A stretch of 63,936 bases of DNA, filler included, from Dugesia japonica (GCA_001938525.1; 6 parts of 6 records of this genome joined end to end with filler, not necessarily neighbours in it); one strand, 5' to 3'. Shown: positions 12,534-27,897, counted from the whole stretch's first letter. A program made the numbers and translations. The notes: generated from the letters alone by a model not told the origin.

Positions 12534-13939
12534 AACCTGTTATTGTGGTTACTCTTTTTATTTTAATTGAAAACACTTAAAACGATATAACATTATTCTA
12601 GGATGTGATAAATAAACAAATTCGAAAATAATACACATAAACAAAGGCAAATATGAAACAACACAACCAGCATGTTAAATTAAAAATAATAATAACGACA
12701 GAAACATAAAGTGCATATTATACAGTATAAATAAAATAATAGTTTTGAATTATAATTATTTTATTAAATCGTTAAAAAGTTACAACTCCATTCTAACTCG
12801 TGTTGGTTGTTAATGAATTGTTGGATGTATGAAAAGTGACTGGGAAAAATAGAAAGTGTTCAATATAGTAGAAGAATAGTTTAGAAACTATTCATTAAAT
12901 GTTCTTTAAGACCATATTTTAGATGTGCGTGATGTTTCATTGATGTGAGGTTAAATACAATATACAAAATTTTATGATGCGAATAGCTTTAGCTTTAATT
13001 TATAAACAATAACAGTTTTGCATGGAATTTTTATTATCTATTTCTAAAATAATTTATTCATTTATTAATACAAATATTTTTAAATTTATTTCTATAACAA
13101 TTGCATTTAAAAAATTTTATTATTCTTAATTTTTTTTTTGTAAAAGAAATGAAATTTAAAAGGACAGAAAGTTGCACCATTAAAAACTATATTAAAATAA
13201 AGAATTTTAATTAATGAAAATTTTCAAGTGTTACTTGTTAGAATTTATCGGAAATTTTAATTAACGAATTTTTAAATAACATGGAATTATTTCGAAATTT
13301 TTATCATTCACTTAAAAATTTTTAATTTAAATTTATCGAAAAAAATATCACAGTTAGGAAATTTCCTTAAAAATAAGGATGACTGATAATCCTTGATGAA
13401 AGATAAATAAAAAGAAATAGGCAATATAATCATAAGAAAGTGAAAAAATATATTTCTCATTATGAAATCAATATTTTCTGTGTTTGATAATTATTTTTAA
13501 TATTTAGCAATAAAAATTGCCAAATCAATTCCAAGGAATTTTCGATTAAAACGTGTAGAATCGGATATAAACATCGCAGTTTAGGAAATACTCCCATCAA
13601 ATGTGAATGTCTGCTAATGGATTGTGATTGATGTATATAAATATAGTCTATGAAGAAACCTTATAATACAAATTTTGTGGAACTGCAGCACGTTGCAATC
13701 TTTAGATTTTGGTTTGAAAAAGTAATCAAATTAATTACATAAATTACTTACTTTCATTACACTTTAAAGAAAAATTTATTTGAAAATCTATATATTTCAT
13801 TTAAAAATAAAAATGTTTTCAAACGTTAGGAAAAAATTTATATCGAATTAGTTAATAATTCAATTAAATAATCTGGTTTTATACAATATTTATTTATTTG
13901 ATATTTATAGTTATAATTATATATATATATATATATCGA

Positions 13940-14200
13940 ACAGGTCATGCAAGAGAACCATGCCACCCAATCCAGCGCATGGAAAACTTTCATGAAGAAA
14001 TTGCCGAACATCTATCGATCAATGGGCAAGAGCTTCGTCTTGTTTAAATGAAGACTTTTGTAACAGTTTCTTTCGTTTTAGTAACAGAACTAAAAATTCT
14101 TTCCATTTTTTCTAGTTTGATTCTCAAAGAACTTGGATACACGACTGATGTCGAGCCATAAGCAATACAATTTCTTTCCTTTCTTTAATTGCGAGCATTT
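13940..14200 (-). mobile_element. Internally deleted Tc1/mariner (rosa/DD41D-like) relic
   Basis: KERKEIVLLMARHQS (N-terminal HTH-like) lies close to FKQDEALAH*SIDVRQFLHESFP..RWIGW, matching QQDGAP.H...VR.FL...FP.RWIGR. Confidence 0.7.
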
Positions 14201-16732
14201 ATAAATTTTGGTTTTTCGAATATTAAAAAAACGACACTCTATACTTAAACTATACAGTAATAATAATATACATGCATCATACAATCTAAATCTTTTTATT
14301 TTGGGAGTAATAAGAAAAATAAATTTATTTTTTAATTTTTTAAATATATATGTGTGTGAAATTCCATTCAAAAAACAGCTGATAAAATATGATGAAAAAA
14401 AAAATTATGAAACAAAATTATTTCTATGATATATTGCATTCAAAGATCTATTGCATTGAATCGATCAAGAAATTTATGTTCCTGAAGAAGACTATTATCG
14501 AAAATTTGAATTTCTTTACAAAATACATTTTATTTTAATCGAAGCTTTTTCTTTATTTTAATGAAATCATTTTTATGATGCATAGAAATCCATGATTATT
14601 TAATAGATAATTTAACATTAAAAGTGAAATGAAAACTGAAATGTTTTTAATTTTACTGTTGTGAACTTATAAAAAAATTTAATTACACTAAACAATAAAT
14701 AAAACAAATCAATAAAAAATGTTGACTCATTTGTAATTAAATTTTTTTTTAAAATGGAGATTAACAATGTTTATTATATTAGAAATTGGTTATTAAGACA
14801 TAAAGTGACGCCAATCAAGATTAAATTGATATTTTTTACATTCTTATGAATAATACATTAAAGAACGAGTTCATTTGAAAACATTAACTGTTATGAAAAA
14901 AAGAAGATAAAATGTATGAATTAATTAGAAATTTATTTACTTATTTAGTTATAACACTAGATAAATGTGGTACATAAATTCAGGTGTGAACATTTGGCAA
15001 AAATTCCATGCTTGATATTTTAGTTCCTAAAATATTAATCAACGGAAAAAGGAATCTTCCTATAATATCTATTTTTCTTTATATCACCAAAAAAGTGAAG
15101 AAACTATTCTAATTTTAATAATATTTTTGCAAAACTGGGTATGATCAAAGTTTTGACTCGTTGAAAATGATCATTGAGATCCTATTTTGAATCTGTTGTT
15201 GGGTATTTGAATTATATGGAAAAGTATCTAACAACGAATTTTCGATGAAAATAAAGGATTGGAATTTCGAAGTTAAGATGAAAAGAATATACACTTCAAA
15301 AACTAAGGTTGATGAAGCAAATTTTGAGGAATATAAAATATTAGTCGGGTATTTTAAAGTCATTAATCATGCATATAAAAGAAATAAATGAACTTGAAGT
15401 TTAATTATTTTCCAATAACAATTTAAAAGTTATTCTCGTGAGTTTTAATGGGGTGTATAAATTAGAATGTCAATAATGTAATAATTTGTAACGGAATATA
15501 TTTATATAATTTATGTAAAGAACTTTTTCTAATTGTTTTTCTTTTAAAAACTAGTTTTGTTAATTTAGGTGATTAATATGAAAATTTTCTTTGTTACAAT
15601 TTCTTAAAATTATAAAACAATTTGAAATATTTATATAAATAGATTGAAATACTAAAGGTTTTAATGTGTTAATTAAATTAATAGATTAAAATAATTAATT
15701 ATACTTAGAAATTCATTAATTGGTCTTCAAATAAGTTTTTTTTATTTTCATTATATCATATATTGACTAGAATAGTATAGAATATCCAAATACGCTCTAT
15801 TTTATACTATAATAGATTTCAATATTTTCAATCAGATATATAAATGAATAATATCCAGTTATCGCGATTCCAAAAATTCATTCAAGATTAAGGTTCAACT
15901 AGAATATTAGGTTTATAGAATTTTTCATCTACAGATTCTAAATTAAATTAAGCAGAAATAATATGCAAAGGAATTTGAGTCTACATTTTAAAGTAAATGA
16001 TTATTGATTTTAATTAGATATCTGAAACAGAATGGAATAAAACAATTGTAATTCATTGTTTGTTTATGAATTATATTACTGTCAATGAAGAAATTAAAGA
16101 TTTTATTGGATAATAGAATAATACGTACATATTTAGATGATAAAACCATGAATTATAGAAAACATAAATATGATTCTAATAAAAATGCCATCAATATGAA
16201 ATAATCACAAAATAGCATATAATTAAAATAGACATTTAAAATCAAGAATATTTATTTATCAGTATATCTCAATTTACGCGGTTAAGCATTGTTTATATTC
16301 ATTAATTTACACGATACTTTAAAAATGGTTAAATCGAGATTAACATAGTAAAAAATACATGGAATTACCAACAATGTGACCAATTTAAATTATAATGCTT
16401 ATAATGATGATTTAACCTGTTGGCAAACAGATTGATATTTGGTGTATAAATAATTCATCAAAATCAAAAGTAGTTTGCTTATCCGATTTCTGTAAGTACT
16501 ATGAAAATTAATTAATGTAGATAAATTAAGGAATGAGCTGTCTATTTTGAAAATTGATCAGGTAGATTTTGGTATAACCAAATTTATTTTCTTCAGAACA
16601 TATTCAATAAACATATTTGAATAATACGTTAATATTGTGTAAATTATGATATATATATAAATGAAATATCATTAATGATAGCCATTGTCACTTCAATGGT
16701 ACTCGAAAACCAAAAAAAATGATGAACTATAG

Positions 16733-17332
16733 CAGGGTTGTCCAAACTTTATCGGTTCGCAGACCGCTTTCGGCAAGGAAATTAAGTCGCGGGTCGCAAT
16801 TCACATTTTTCCATTTTTGCTTTGTATCTATCAGACACGACGTAAACGCGTACGTGTAAATTAATTTTTATACTTAATATAAAATTACATTGACTTGAAA
16901 TCTTAAAGCTCAAAAATAATAACAAATATAGATAATAATAGACCATTAGATAAATTTATTCATAAAATTATAATTAAGGAAGGAAGTAAGTCTAATGTGG
17001 TTAACAAATTAAAATACTTTGATATTTAAAATAAGCCAATTGTTTCGTATTTGAAAGTTTTTGTGGCACAATACATTTTAAACAAACTAACTTTAGTTTT
17101 AAATGGATTTTTTNNNNNNNNNNNNNNNNNNNNNNNNNNNNNNNNNNNNNNNNNNNNNNNNNNNNNNGCTGAAATTATGTGTATAAGGATATCTGATATT
17201 CAACTTCATACTTAAATAAAATTGAAGAAATAACTCAAAATATCTCAATAGATATCAAAATATTAATTTTATAATTGTATTTAAAGACCCCGAGCTGCTT
17301 ACAGCCCATGGGTCAGACTTTGGATAACCCTG
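16733..17332. mobile_element. hAT-type MITE
   Basis: TIRs CAGGGTTGTCCAAA / TTTGGATAACCCTG; decayed TSD (AACTATAG versus AATTAAAT); internal N gap. Confidence 0.75.
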
Positions 17333-17381
17333 AATTAAATTAATAACATTTACATAGAAAATAAGAAGTAAGAATGTTTAC

Positions 17382-17648
17382 CTGATAATGGAGATTAGTA
17401 TCTAAAGAACTATTAATGCTATCCAAAATTGGATGATGAAGGGATAATATGTCATTTGGTTTGGTGGCGCTCAAACTGTTGTACAGGGAATTCTCAGTTC
17501 CGATATGCCGAAACATATTGTTACTATCAGATATTTTTATCATAAACGGATCCGGAAGAATTGAAGAATTCATGCATGTTACTGGGATATTGGGCTTCTG
17601 AGAAGACTGAAGAGCATTGAGTGCGGGAAGAATATGATTAAGATTGTT
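17382..17648 (-). CDS. Probable internal coding exon of an unidentified host gene
   Basis: TTTTAG acceptor and CAG|GTAAAC donor; 267 nt open in phase 0 (NNLNHILPALNALQSSQKPNIP...DTNLHYQ); more GC-rich than flanks. Confidence 0.6.
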
Positions 17649-20600
17649 CTAAAATTAGTTGCATTAAAAGTTGCAAAACAATATTATGACGTTTAATTTT
17701 CGTTTCACATTTTCTTCATTAAATATTTTGTTTAGATAGAAAATTTTATATAAAATAATAGTTGATATTTAAATATATTCACATTTTCATAAATCTAAAG
17801 CACGTTATATGAATGATAAATAATATTAAAATGTACGAAGACAATATTATGAAAGAAGAAACCTGAGAGTTTAAATAAGTTTTCATTATGGCTAGATATT
17901 CCGTTGTCTGTTGTCCCGATAAAATATAAATTTAATGGTACTTTAAATGTTAAATAATTTATAATAAAAGAATCAAATTAATTATCTATAAAACAAAATC
18001 TTTAAAATTTAGTTAAATATGACATGAGAGAAAAATCAAATTCAGTTAGGAAGTAAAAGCACTATTCAAACAAACAAATTTTTCAGTTATTATTTGTAAG
18101 AAAATTTATAACTTCTAATTACATGTGTACAATTTAGATGACTTTAATGTTAAAGGAAAATGAAATTATATTCTCTTAGAAACCCTTCCCTTGAATTTTT
18201 GCCTTATAATTTATTAAAATTCGAAAATCAATCATGATACATTTATCAATTTAAAAATTTTTAATCAACGAAAACAAAACTCTTAGCTATTTATTGTATT
18301 GATGTTTCCTACTAAGAACACAATATACTGTATTATAATAATTTTTGTTTGGCAAAGAATTTCAAAGCGATAAACACAAATTCATAATATACTTAAATAA
18401 TATTATCAAAAAGCCTTTTATTTAATTCTATTATTTTGTTCCTCAATATATTCGTTTCACAAGTATTTTGATTAAAAAACGTGTAGAAAATATTTTTCTA
18501 TAAATATAATAAATAAAAATCATAAGCTACTTTTGATTACTGAAAATAATTCTACAAATTAAATTAAAATAACAAATTTCAAGAATATAAATAATAATAA
18601 TAAAAATAATAATATATTTTTGTGATTATAATTATTTTCATATTACATTATTATATAATTTATTTTTAGATATTATTCCAATTCGGCTTAATATAATTAA
18701 TATTTTTTCATTATTAATTAATATTTATAATTTACTAACCAAAATATAAAATTAAAATTAAAAAAATCATTTTTCATTCAAAGCCAAAACAGTTGTTTAT
18801 TGAAAAATTTCTAATCCTTAATATTAAGAAAATTATTTTTAGAAATAGGATAACAAATTTTCAACAGTCCTTCTTTCTAAACGACTCAGAATAAAGAAAA
18901 AATCTTCTATTACCAGTTTTTATGTTGCAGCTAATGATTTTCAAGAAAAATATTTCATAAACTCGTTTTTCTTCAATCAAAATCAAGTTTTTTTGGAATG
19001 TATTATGATTTGACGATTTTTCTTTTTTTGTTTTTAACCATAAAATAATTAATTGACAACAAAAAAAACGCCCATTTTAACATTTTGTACATAAAACAGA
19101 GTAAATCTGAATAGAGAAAATGATAATTTTTAAGTGAAAATGGTTATTATTACTGTGATTTTATTAACAGAAAAATAAATATGTTGACAATATCGAATAT
19201 TTCTGATTACTCATTTCTAAAAAATTCAAAATTTTTCTCCACTAAAGTAAACAGTTAATAAACAAACTTTGAAAGAATCACTACTTATAAAAAAAATTAA
19301 CCAATCGAAAACTAATTCAACACAGGTGTTCGAGATGTATAATAAATATTTAGGTTTATATGAAATTTTAATTCATCCTTTGTTTCGATAAAATTAATAA
19401 AATTTATTTTTGAAAATTTTCTATGATCAGAAATGAATTTTTCAAATTCTTCAATTTTATTTTTTATAAATAATATATTTTCAAATTATTTAATCGGAAA
19501 AATTGAGATATAAATAGGATGCCAATTCGTTGCATTTTTACACTTTAACTCAATTAAAAATACAATTTTATTTGAAGTTTAAAGTACAAATGATGAATAT
19601 AACCAAACTCGAAAATTTTAAGAATTATATTATTAAACATAAATTTATTAAAAAATAATTCGAAAATTCTAATTAAAAATAAATATAATTTTACAAGTGT
19701 TTAAACAAAATTAATTTCATTCACCGCTTTAAATTCTTGGTAATTAACTGAATCATGAATAATTTATAATAATTAATCCCTTTCAAAATTTGAAATGAAA
19801 AAAACGAAACAGTTACAGAAAAAATATGATCTTTCGGTTTCAATTGAATTTTAATAAAGTTTTCATTTATTTCCAAATAAGCCTTAACTAAGTAGTAAAT
19901 AAAGAACAAGTGATAATCGAGCAAATCCAGGATAATATTCCATTAATATATCAATAATATATTTATTTCTTGTGTGAAAATGATATCATGAAATTTTTAA
20001 AAATTCAATCTTTATAACATGCATGAATCAAATTATTGAAAAATTAATCTTATACACCCCTGCAAATTATCCAAAGCGAAAATTAGTTAATGATTTAAAG
20101 ATAATAATTAATACATAAAATAATATTTATTCAACAATGTCAACATAGATGCAATTTCTGATCATTAAACTGCATTGAATATGACCCATAATTAAATTAA
20201 ATTAATCTAATAATTCATTCTAATAACCAGGTATTATAAAAAGTTTTGATTATTAGAAATTTAATGAATATGATCTAGAATTAAAGCAAACATTATACAT
20301 TAAATATACAAAACAAATAACGTTTAAAAAAACAATATATTACTTAAACAGTAAAATAATTTGAAAAAAATAAATTAGATTAACGAATTAGTAAATTAAA
20401 AAAACTAATAAAATTATTATTTCCGATGTCTATAATTTACAAAGCTTTTGCTTAAAATGTTTACATAATATATTTTTAATTTCAATGAAAGTTGAGAAAT
20501 TATTTTTTCTGAATCTTAATGACAATTTATTTCAAACCAATTAATTATTTATAATTAATTATCTATTTTTCTGTAATCACAATCAATAATTAATTAATCA

Positions 20601-20934
20601 CGACACTCGTCTAATTATAAAAAAATGCTACATTAAAAGAGAATTACCCTAGTTACAAAAAAACAATAAAAAATTGGTTTTTAAAATTTAAATTATTTCA
20701 AATAAATAAAAAAAACAAGAATGTTCTTTTCAAAAATGACGAAATCCCATTATCTCATTTCAATTTCTATTAAACAATAACATTTTTTTCAAATTTAAAA
20801 TGATAATAATAATAATAAGAAGAATACAGCAAACTCTTAATTATCCGTTGACGGATTATCACGTGCATAAAATTATTTCATTAATTGGTTGACATTTACA
20901 TTAAAATAAAGCTTCAAACTATTGCTTTTTTTTG

Positions 20935-21050
20935 AAAAAGTCGATTCCTTACGAAGACAAAGTCGAAAATTCGAAATAGTATCAAAAACAAAAATAATTT
21001 GATCGAAGCTTTTATTTTAATGAAATCTCAAAAACGGTCAATGGTTACGT
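20935..21050 (+). repeat. Degenerate copy of the hammerhead-bearing dispersed repeat (others at ~14470-14560 +, 23890-24010 +, 45180-45280 -)
   Basis: Shared ttcct.acgaagacaa.gtcgaaa...ttgatcgaagcttttattttaatgaa...caatgg; catalytic core mutated here (CTTACGA). Confidence 0.75.
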
Positions 21051-24000
21051 ACAACAATCATTTTCGCATTAATTGTAATTAGTTGACCTTGTTTTAACTA
21101 TATAAATACTCGCATACTTACATGACAATTACGTAATTTTTTTCTCAACGAGTTTTTGTAGAAATATAGTACGTACTGTATATTTTTCTTTATATTTTAA
21201 AAAGCGTATAATGATTAATTAATTTTTTTGAAAAATACCCTTTGAAAATGCCTAATAATCACAAAAAAAGTCGTAGTTACTGTAAAANNNNNNNNNNNNN
21301 NNNNNNNNNNNNNNNNNNNNNNNNNNNNNNNTTAATTAATTAANNNNNNNNNNNNNNNNNNNNNNNNNNNNNNNNNNNNNNNNNNNNAATTTTAATTAAT
21401 TATTAAACTTATTTTCAAAATAATATGTTTTGCCATTCTTTACCGTTTATATCAGTGAAACATTCTGCATAGACTAGTAAATGAATCACTAAATTTGAAT
21501 TAAAATTATAAAAAAAAATTTGTAAGCATCCTCTGGATTTATAATGATGTTTTTTCTATTTTTCTCAAGTCAAAATTAAGTTTCGTGATTTTAGATGATA
21601 ATATTCTTGATCAGTAAAAATTTCTCTATTGAATATATGGGTTGATTACCGATTTTAAGGTCTTATTAGAAATGATTGATGTAAAAAAATCGATAATGAT
21701 AAAAAATTATTCTTTTCATAATGAAATGGAAAAAAAATTTTAAATTCATTTTCTTGATACCCATATCAATTAAAAATCATATAAATTAAAATAAAATTAA
21801 AATTAATTAATTAAATTTCAGGTATTTACAATTTTCTATTTTAATAAGCATATAATATTGTTTGTAAAATGCAAATTAAAACACNNNNNNNNNNNNNNNN
21901 NNNNNNNNNNNNNNNNNNNNNNNNNNNNNNNNNNNNACATTAAAACAGGCAAATCAAAGAATTTGGCGAATTTAATCTGGGCTTTACAAAAATAACGGAA
22001 CTTGTTGAAAAAGAAAAAAATTATAAAAGCAAACTACTATGCTTTTGATTCTGCAGACTCTGATCAACAAACAACAAACATCAGATTAAAAAATATTCAA
22101 TTTTTTATCATTACTCGTAAATTCAAAACCCAAACTATTTGATTGAACTATTTTAACTTTCTTTGATTCATTCAAACAACTATATCCTGTTCAACAGAAA
22201 GACAAATTTAATAAAATAAAAAATAATTTTCATTAAAGATAAAAATTTGTTATTATTAATTTCTACATTTATTAAACTCTTTTAACAAACAAACAGAAAA
22301 TGTTCTGTTTCAACATTTTGAAACTAGAAAACAGTTGAAATAATTCTAATAATTAGTTAATTAATTAGATTCGTTTTTGTCATTCGAATTTGATTAAATA
22401 ATTAATCTTTAATTAACGATTAAAAAAGAAAAACAAAAATCTAACTTTGATGCTCCGGTAGAAATTCCGAAAAAAAAGAAATTGGCAATTTACTTGGAAA
22501 ATTATAAATTTTAATGAACTAGCACGATTTTTATTTTTTTTTATTATTTTAAAATTCAAATAAAATAACTAAAAAGAAATTAAAATTTTATGTTTTTTTT
22601 TGTATATTAAAATTCGTTTTTTTTTATTTCTTTGTTTTTCATATTTAATTTTTTTAAAATGAAATCAGAAAACTAAGCAGACAACTTTCTAAACAAATAT
22701 ATAAAAACATGAAGAAATTAAATAAATCAAATATTTGATTGTTTATTTACATCCAGGAATAAAATATAGTTTACATTAAGTAAATAATATGCTGAAATTA
22801 TTTGAATGATAGACTTTTATTTATTTTTCGTTGTAGTAAAGCAAATTATGACAAATACATCCTTTTTTAAATAGTCGTATTCTATTTACTAAATTGTAAA
22901 TTCTACTGAAGTATTTTTGTTTGTTGCACTCTATAACAGCGGTATAATTATTTGAAGAACAAAATTAATTATTATATTGGAATTATTTTTTTTCTTTTAT
23001 TATTTTGAAAACTTTTATATATATTTTTTTTAATTTTTTTTTTAACTTTTTTAAAATTTTATTTTTTTTTAAACTTTTTTAAAATTTAATTTTTATATTT
23101 TTCAACTAAAATTAAATTTCTTTGATTATTGAAACTTTATTTTCACATTTATTCATATTGATAATTTAAAATAAACAGATTTAAACGAAATATTTTAACT
23201 TTATGGTAGATTTTCTTCAATCACTTCAGCTAATCTAGCATTTCTTTCAATTTTCTGATAAATAACCTGAACAAAATATACTCTTACGGTTTATGTTATT
23301 TCCATATCGACTACATTACTTTGATGATAACCTGTTAGTGTTTCATTATTGTTGGAAGTTTAAAAAGAAACTCCTATTTGAAAATCATCAAAATCATCAT
23401 TTCCTAAAATAATTTTATTAAATTTTATATTCATTATAATGGCCGATAAGTTTTATCAATATTGAAAAAATATTGTTTTAAACATTGGTTTTATTATTCA
23501 GAATTGAAAAAGATTAAGATACAACTCCTGAAGAAGATAAAATTAAAAATTAGGGAAAAAATAAAAACTTTTTTTTCCACTTTAATAAAAATTTTAAAAA
23601 GGAACATTTTTTTTGAAACTTTTTTGAACGACGCCTTAGTTTATTTTTGTAATTTTGAAAATATCTCATTTTTTAATTCACAGATCAATGGTTAAAAATT
23701 TTAAAAAAGTGAATAATTACACAAAGTGTAATTTTCACAATAAACTGGGACTAGCAAAAGATTACTTTTTTAATCAGCTTAACTCTGCAAATTTTAGAGA
23801 TAACTAAAGATTCTAATTTTAAATGTGACTTTAGTTTAAATATATTTTCATTTTTATTTCATAATTATTTTTATTTCTCTAAAAAATTAAAAAAGTCTAT
23901 TCCTAACGAAGACAAAGTCAAAATATCGAATCAATCTCAAAAAACAAAAAAAAATTTTGATCGAAGGTTTTATTTTAAATGAATTCCAAAAAACAATCAA

Positions 24001-25074
24001 TGGCTATGTCTATTAATTAAATTCAAAACTTCGCAACTCTCCATAAATTGTATTTATTATTACAAGTGTATTTGATTAAAATAAAAATTATATCAAGAAT
24101 GATTCATAGTATTCAAACAAATAATCTGAGAAATAATAGAGAACTTTGATAAATTTAGATATACTTTTTATTTACTAATATTCAAGTAATTTTAATATTC
24201 TAAAAATCAAAAACAAAGGATAAAACTGTTTGTTTTGGCTTTCAAAACCAATGTTCTAGAGAAATTCTGTTATAATTATTTTATTCCATTTCTGTTAGAC
24301 TAATACAAAAATCATTTTATAAATTTTTAACATTATTTATTGGCAGACACACTCGTTGACGTTTTAATAGCTGAATCAATAACTCTAAGTTTATCTAGAA
24401 GCATTTTATTTAGCATTTTTGATTTTTCAATTAAAAAATATTCTAAATTAATTTTAAAATATTTGAAGAATTAAAATCTTTTATAATGCTAATGTTGGAC
24501 TAAAACAACCATGAAATTAGATATATTATAACAGGAAAATCAGTAAAAAAAAGTAAAGGTGACTAGATTATTATCAGTGAAATAAAGGAATAAATAAAGA
24601 ATAATTAATTAATAATAAAATATCGCTCAGATATAAAAGAACTGAATTATATATTCAAGGGAAAATAGAATGAATCAAAGAAATTAAATATAAAATGTGA
24701 AATTTACAAATTAAATGCTCAAGAAATAAAATTTTAAAAATGAGAAAGCTGTAAATTAAACAATGACTTAGATAAAATAAAAAAGTCAAAAGAGTCAAAT
24801 CAATAGGATTCGAGTTGAAGTTTTAATTGAATTATTATGGGCATTAAAACAAGAAAAGTATAAAAATAAAAGAAATTAATAAAAATNNNNNNNNNNNNNN
24901 NNNNNNNNNNNNNNNNNNNNNNNNNNNNNNNNNNNNNNNNNNNNNNNNNNNNNNNNNNNNNNNNNNNNNNNNNNNNNNNNNNNNNNNNNNNNNNNNNNNN
25001 NNNNNNNNNNNNNNNNNNNNNNNNNNNNNNNNNNNNNNNNNNNNNNNNNNNNNNNNNNNNNNNNNNNNNNNNAA

Positions 25075-25185
25075 AAAAAACCTATGATCAACAAACCTAG
25101 TGGTTAATGATCCTTGTGACCAACAGAACTATTGTCAATAGACCTATGGTCAATAGACCTATTGTCAATAGACATATGGTCAATA
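25075..25185. repeat. 15-bp tandem repeats (GACCTATGGTCAATA), probably subterminal repeats of a MULE-like element
   Basis: Several adjacent copies next to a gap; motif similar to the element at 27544. Confidence 0.55.
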
Positions 25186-26480
25186 TATATTATTATTATT
25201 ATTATTTATATTTTAATGAATGGTTATAATAGTAGATATATACTAAAATAATATTATGTAAAATTAAAATAATTAGTTAAAACAAAAAACAATTATGTAA
25301 TTTATAATTATTTAAAATTGTATTTCCTGTAAAGAAATTACTATNATAGAAATAAAAGTATTATTGTAAGAATATGGATGGTCAATTATAAATAATAATT
25401 ATTATCTTAGTTATTTTTATTAAAAATTATATTATTAAAATATTATTAAATTAATATCCGAAAAATAAGATTTATTATTATTTGCATAAATATTATTAAT
25501 TATCATTATTAATATTTTCACAATTTAAATTAATAATACTATTATTATTGACATCTTTATTTTCATTTTTATTTTTATAAACGAATTTAGCAATTGTTTC
25601 ACGATTTAATTTCTCCACAATTGATTTACAATATCCATTTTTATTTAGTAAAAAAGTTAAACTTTGAAGAGGAAAAAGTTCACAATGTTTGTAAACTGGA
25701 ATTTCTAAATCGTTATTGATTGTTTTTAATTAATTTGATTTATTAGACGATTGCTTGATAATTGATTACATACAAAATGACAGATATTCTGTTGAAACAT
25801 GTAGTAAAAAATATATATTGATATGGTGTTTCAGAGGTTTTGTTAAGAATTACCGTTTTCTTAAATTATTTAAAAATAATAATAGCTACTTGTTTGTAAA
25901 TATTTAATAAATGTTTTAGTTTCTTTTTCCTGATTTTATCTAGACTTTGGTTGTTTAATGAATGCGATTGACTAATGTTTGGTCAAGATAATAATTTAAT
26001 AAATTATCGTATAAATAACTGATTATAAAATAACACAATTTTTAGTTTTATTCTGGTATTATTATGACATACAATAATTTCTAATGTGCGTTGATTTTAT
26101 TCATAGAAAACCAGCATTTAAAATTTTTTTTTATTAAATTAACTAGTTAAAGTTCTTTTGAAAACCATTGAAATGTAGTGAACTACTTAGCTGAAATTAA
26201 ATTTAATTTTTTGTATATTAAGTTTTATGTTGCATATAATAGGTATATTAAGTTTTTTATCAGTATTATATTAGGTTATAACATAATTCTCCATGATTTT
26301 TCAATAATAATTTATAAGGCTGCAATGCTCTCAGTTTAGAGCGATAACNNNNNNNNNNNNNNNNNNNNNNNNNNNNNNNNNNNNNNNNNNNNNNNNNNNN
26401 NNNNNNNNNNNNNNNNNNNNNNNNNNNNNNNNNNNNNNNNNNNNNNNNNNNNNNNNNNNNNNNNNNNNNNNNNNNNNNNN

Positions 26481-26620
26481 GTTAGAAAAAATGCCATTTT
26501 TGGAACTTGGTGAACCAATTCCTTTAAGAAATCCATGTCAGTGGACATTCTACGTACACAGCACAAACATCTTGATACGCTTCTTCAACGTTTAATCTCG
26601 ATTTAAAGCGAATAATATCT
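26481..26620 (-). mobile_element. Mariner transposase N-terminal HTH relic
   Basis: RLNVEEAYQDVCAVYVECPLTWIS*RNWFTKFQKWHF resembles Mos1-type A.EA...I..VYG......WF.KF..G.F. Confidence 0.6.
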
Positions 26621-27543
26621 AAATTGTTGTTTTCTATAAAATTAGCTTCGTATTAGTAAAAGCTCTAAGATTTAAATAAACTTCTTAAATTTAAGATTCT
26701 TTAGAGCACAAATATAGATTTTAAATAAATGTTGTTTTTTAATAATAAAAATGGTATAGTTTAAGAAACCACAATTTACAATACAAAAAATGAAATCATT
26801 GAAAATTATATTANNNNNNNNNNNNNNNNNNNNNNNNNNNNNNNNNNNNNNNNNNNNNNNNNNNNNNNNNNNNNNNNNNNNNNNNNNNNNNNNNNNNNNN
26901 NNNNNNNNNNNNNNNNNNNNNNNNNNNNNNNNNNNNNNNNNNNNNNNNNNNNNNNNNNNNNNNNNNNNNNNNNNNNNNNNNNNNNNNNNNNNNNGGCCGC
27001 ATTAAACGAAGAAGAATTATCTTGTTTCACATATAAAATATACTATAATTATTGTAAACAAAATGCAAAATGGTTTAATTTACAAAATAAAATGAAAATA
27101 AAATAAATAAATAAAACAATAGTATAATATTTAAGTTTACTTTTATGCAACTGATGCTCTAATAGCTGAATAAATAGATGTCGTTATCAATTTTAAAGAG
27201 CTTTCAAAATTTAATGATTATACTCGATATCAAGTTCTCAAATTAACTTCCTTTTGTAATGTCTTTATAAAATGAATAAATAAAGTTTTCAATCTATTTT
27301 CCATATATATACATTGTCTTAAGAACTACTATCGATAAATTAATACTACTATTCTCAAGATAATATGTAATGATAATAGTTAAACGTATTGATAATATTT
27401 TATAAATATTTTGTTACAATTCAACTCAGAATTAAAAACTACATATACATTACTTAAATGACTAGTATCTAAACATTCTTCCTTTACAAGATAATATATA
27501 ATGATATTAGTTATAAATAACGATAATATTTCATAAATAATTT

Positions 27544-27897
27544 GGGTGTACAGACTTATGGTCATAGGAAGTTTGGTCATACGACAATTGATCATGACCA
27601 TAAANACAAACGATCATAGGATGTTTGGTCACTGTAAACTATAAATAAAANNNNNNNNNNNNNNNNNNNNNNNNNNNNNNNNNNNNNNNNNNNNNNNNNN
27701 NNNNNNNNNNNNNNNNNNNNNNNNNNNNNNNNNNNNNNNNNNNNNNNNNNNNNNNNNNNNNNNNNNNNNNNNNNNNNNNNTTTATATCGTAATAACAGTA
27801 CAGTGTCCAAACATCCTATGACTGTTTGTCTGTATGACCATATGGTTATGATCAATTGTCCTATGACCAAACGAACTATGACCATATTTTTATACTC
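27544..27897. mobile_element. Foldback/MULE-like MITE with long TIRs built of GGTCATA repeats
   Basis: Left arm 27544-27650 is the imperfect reverse complement of right arm 27781-27897. Confidence 0.75.

Noticed and set aside
17700-20800. Short AT-rich ORFs (e.g. 19721-19924)
   Set aside because: Composition matches random AT-rich DNA; no motifs or splice support.
23200-23405. Exon-like minus-strand segment / TAA read-through code
   Set aside because: In-frame TAAs, while host genes here end in TAA normally; likely decayed sequence.
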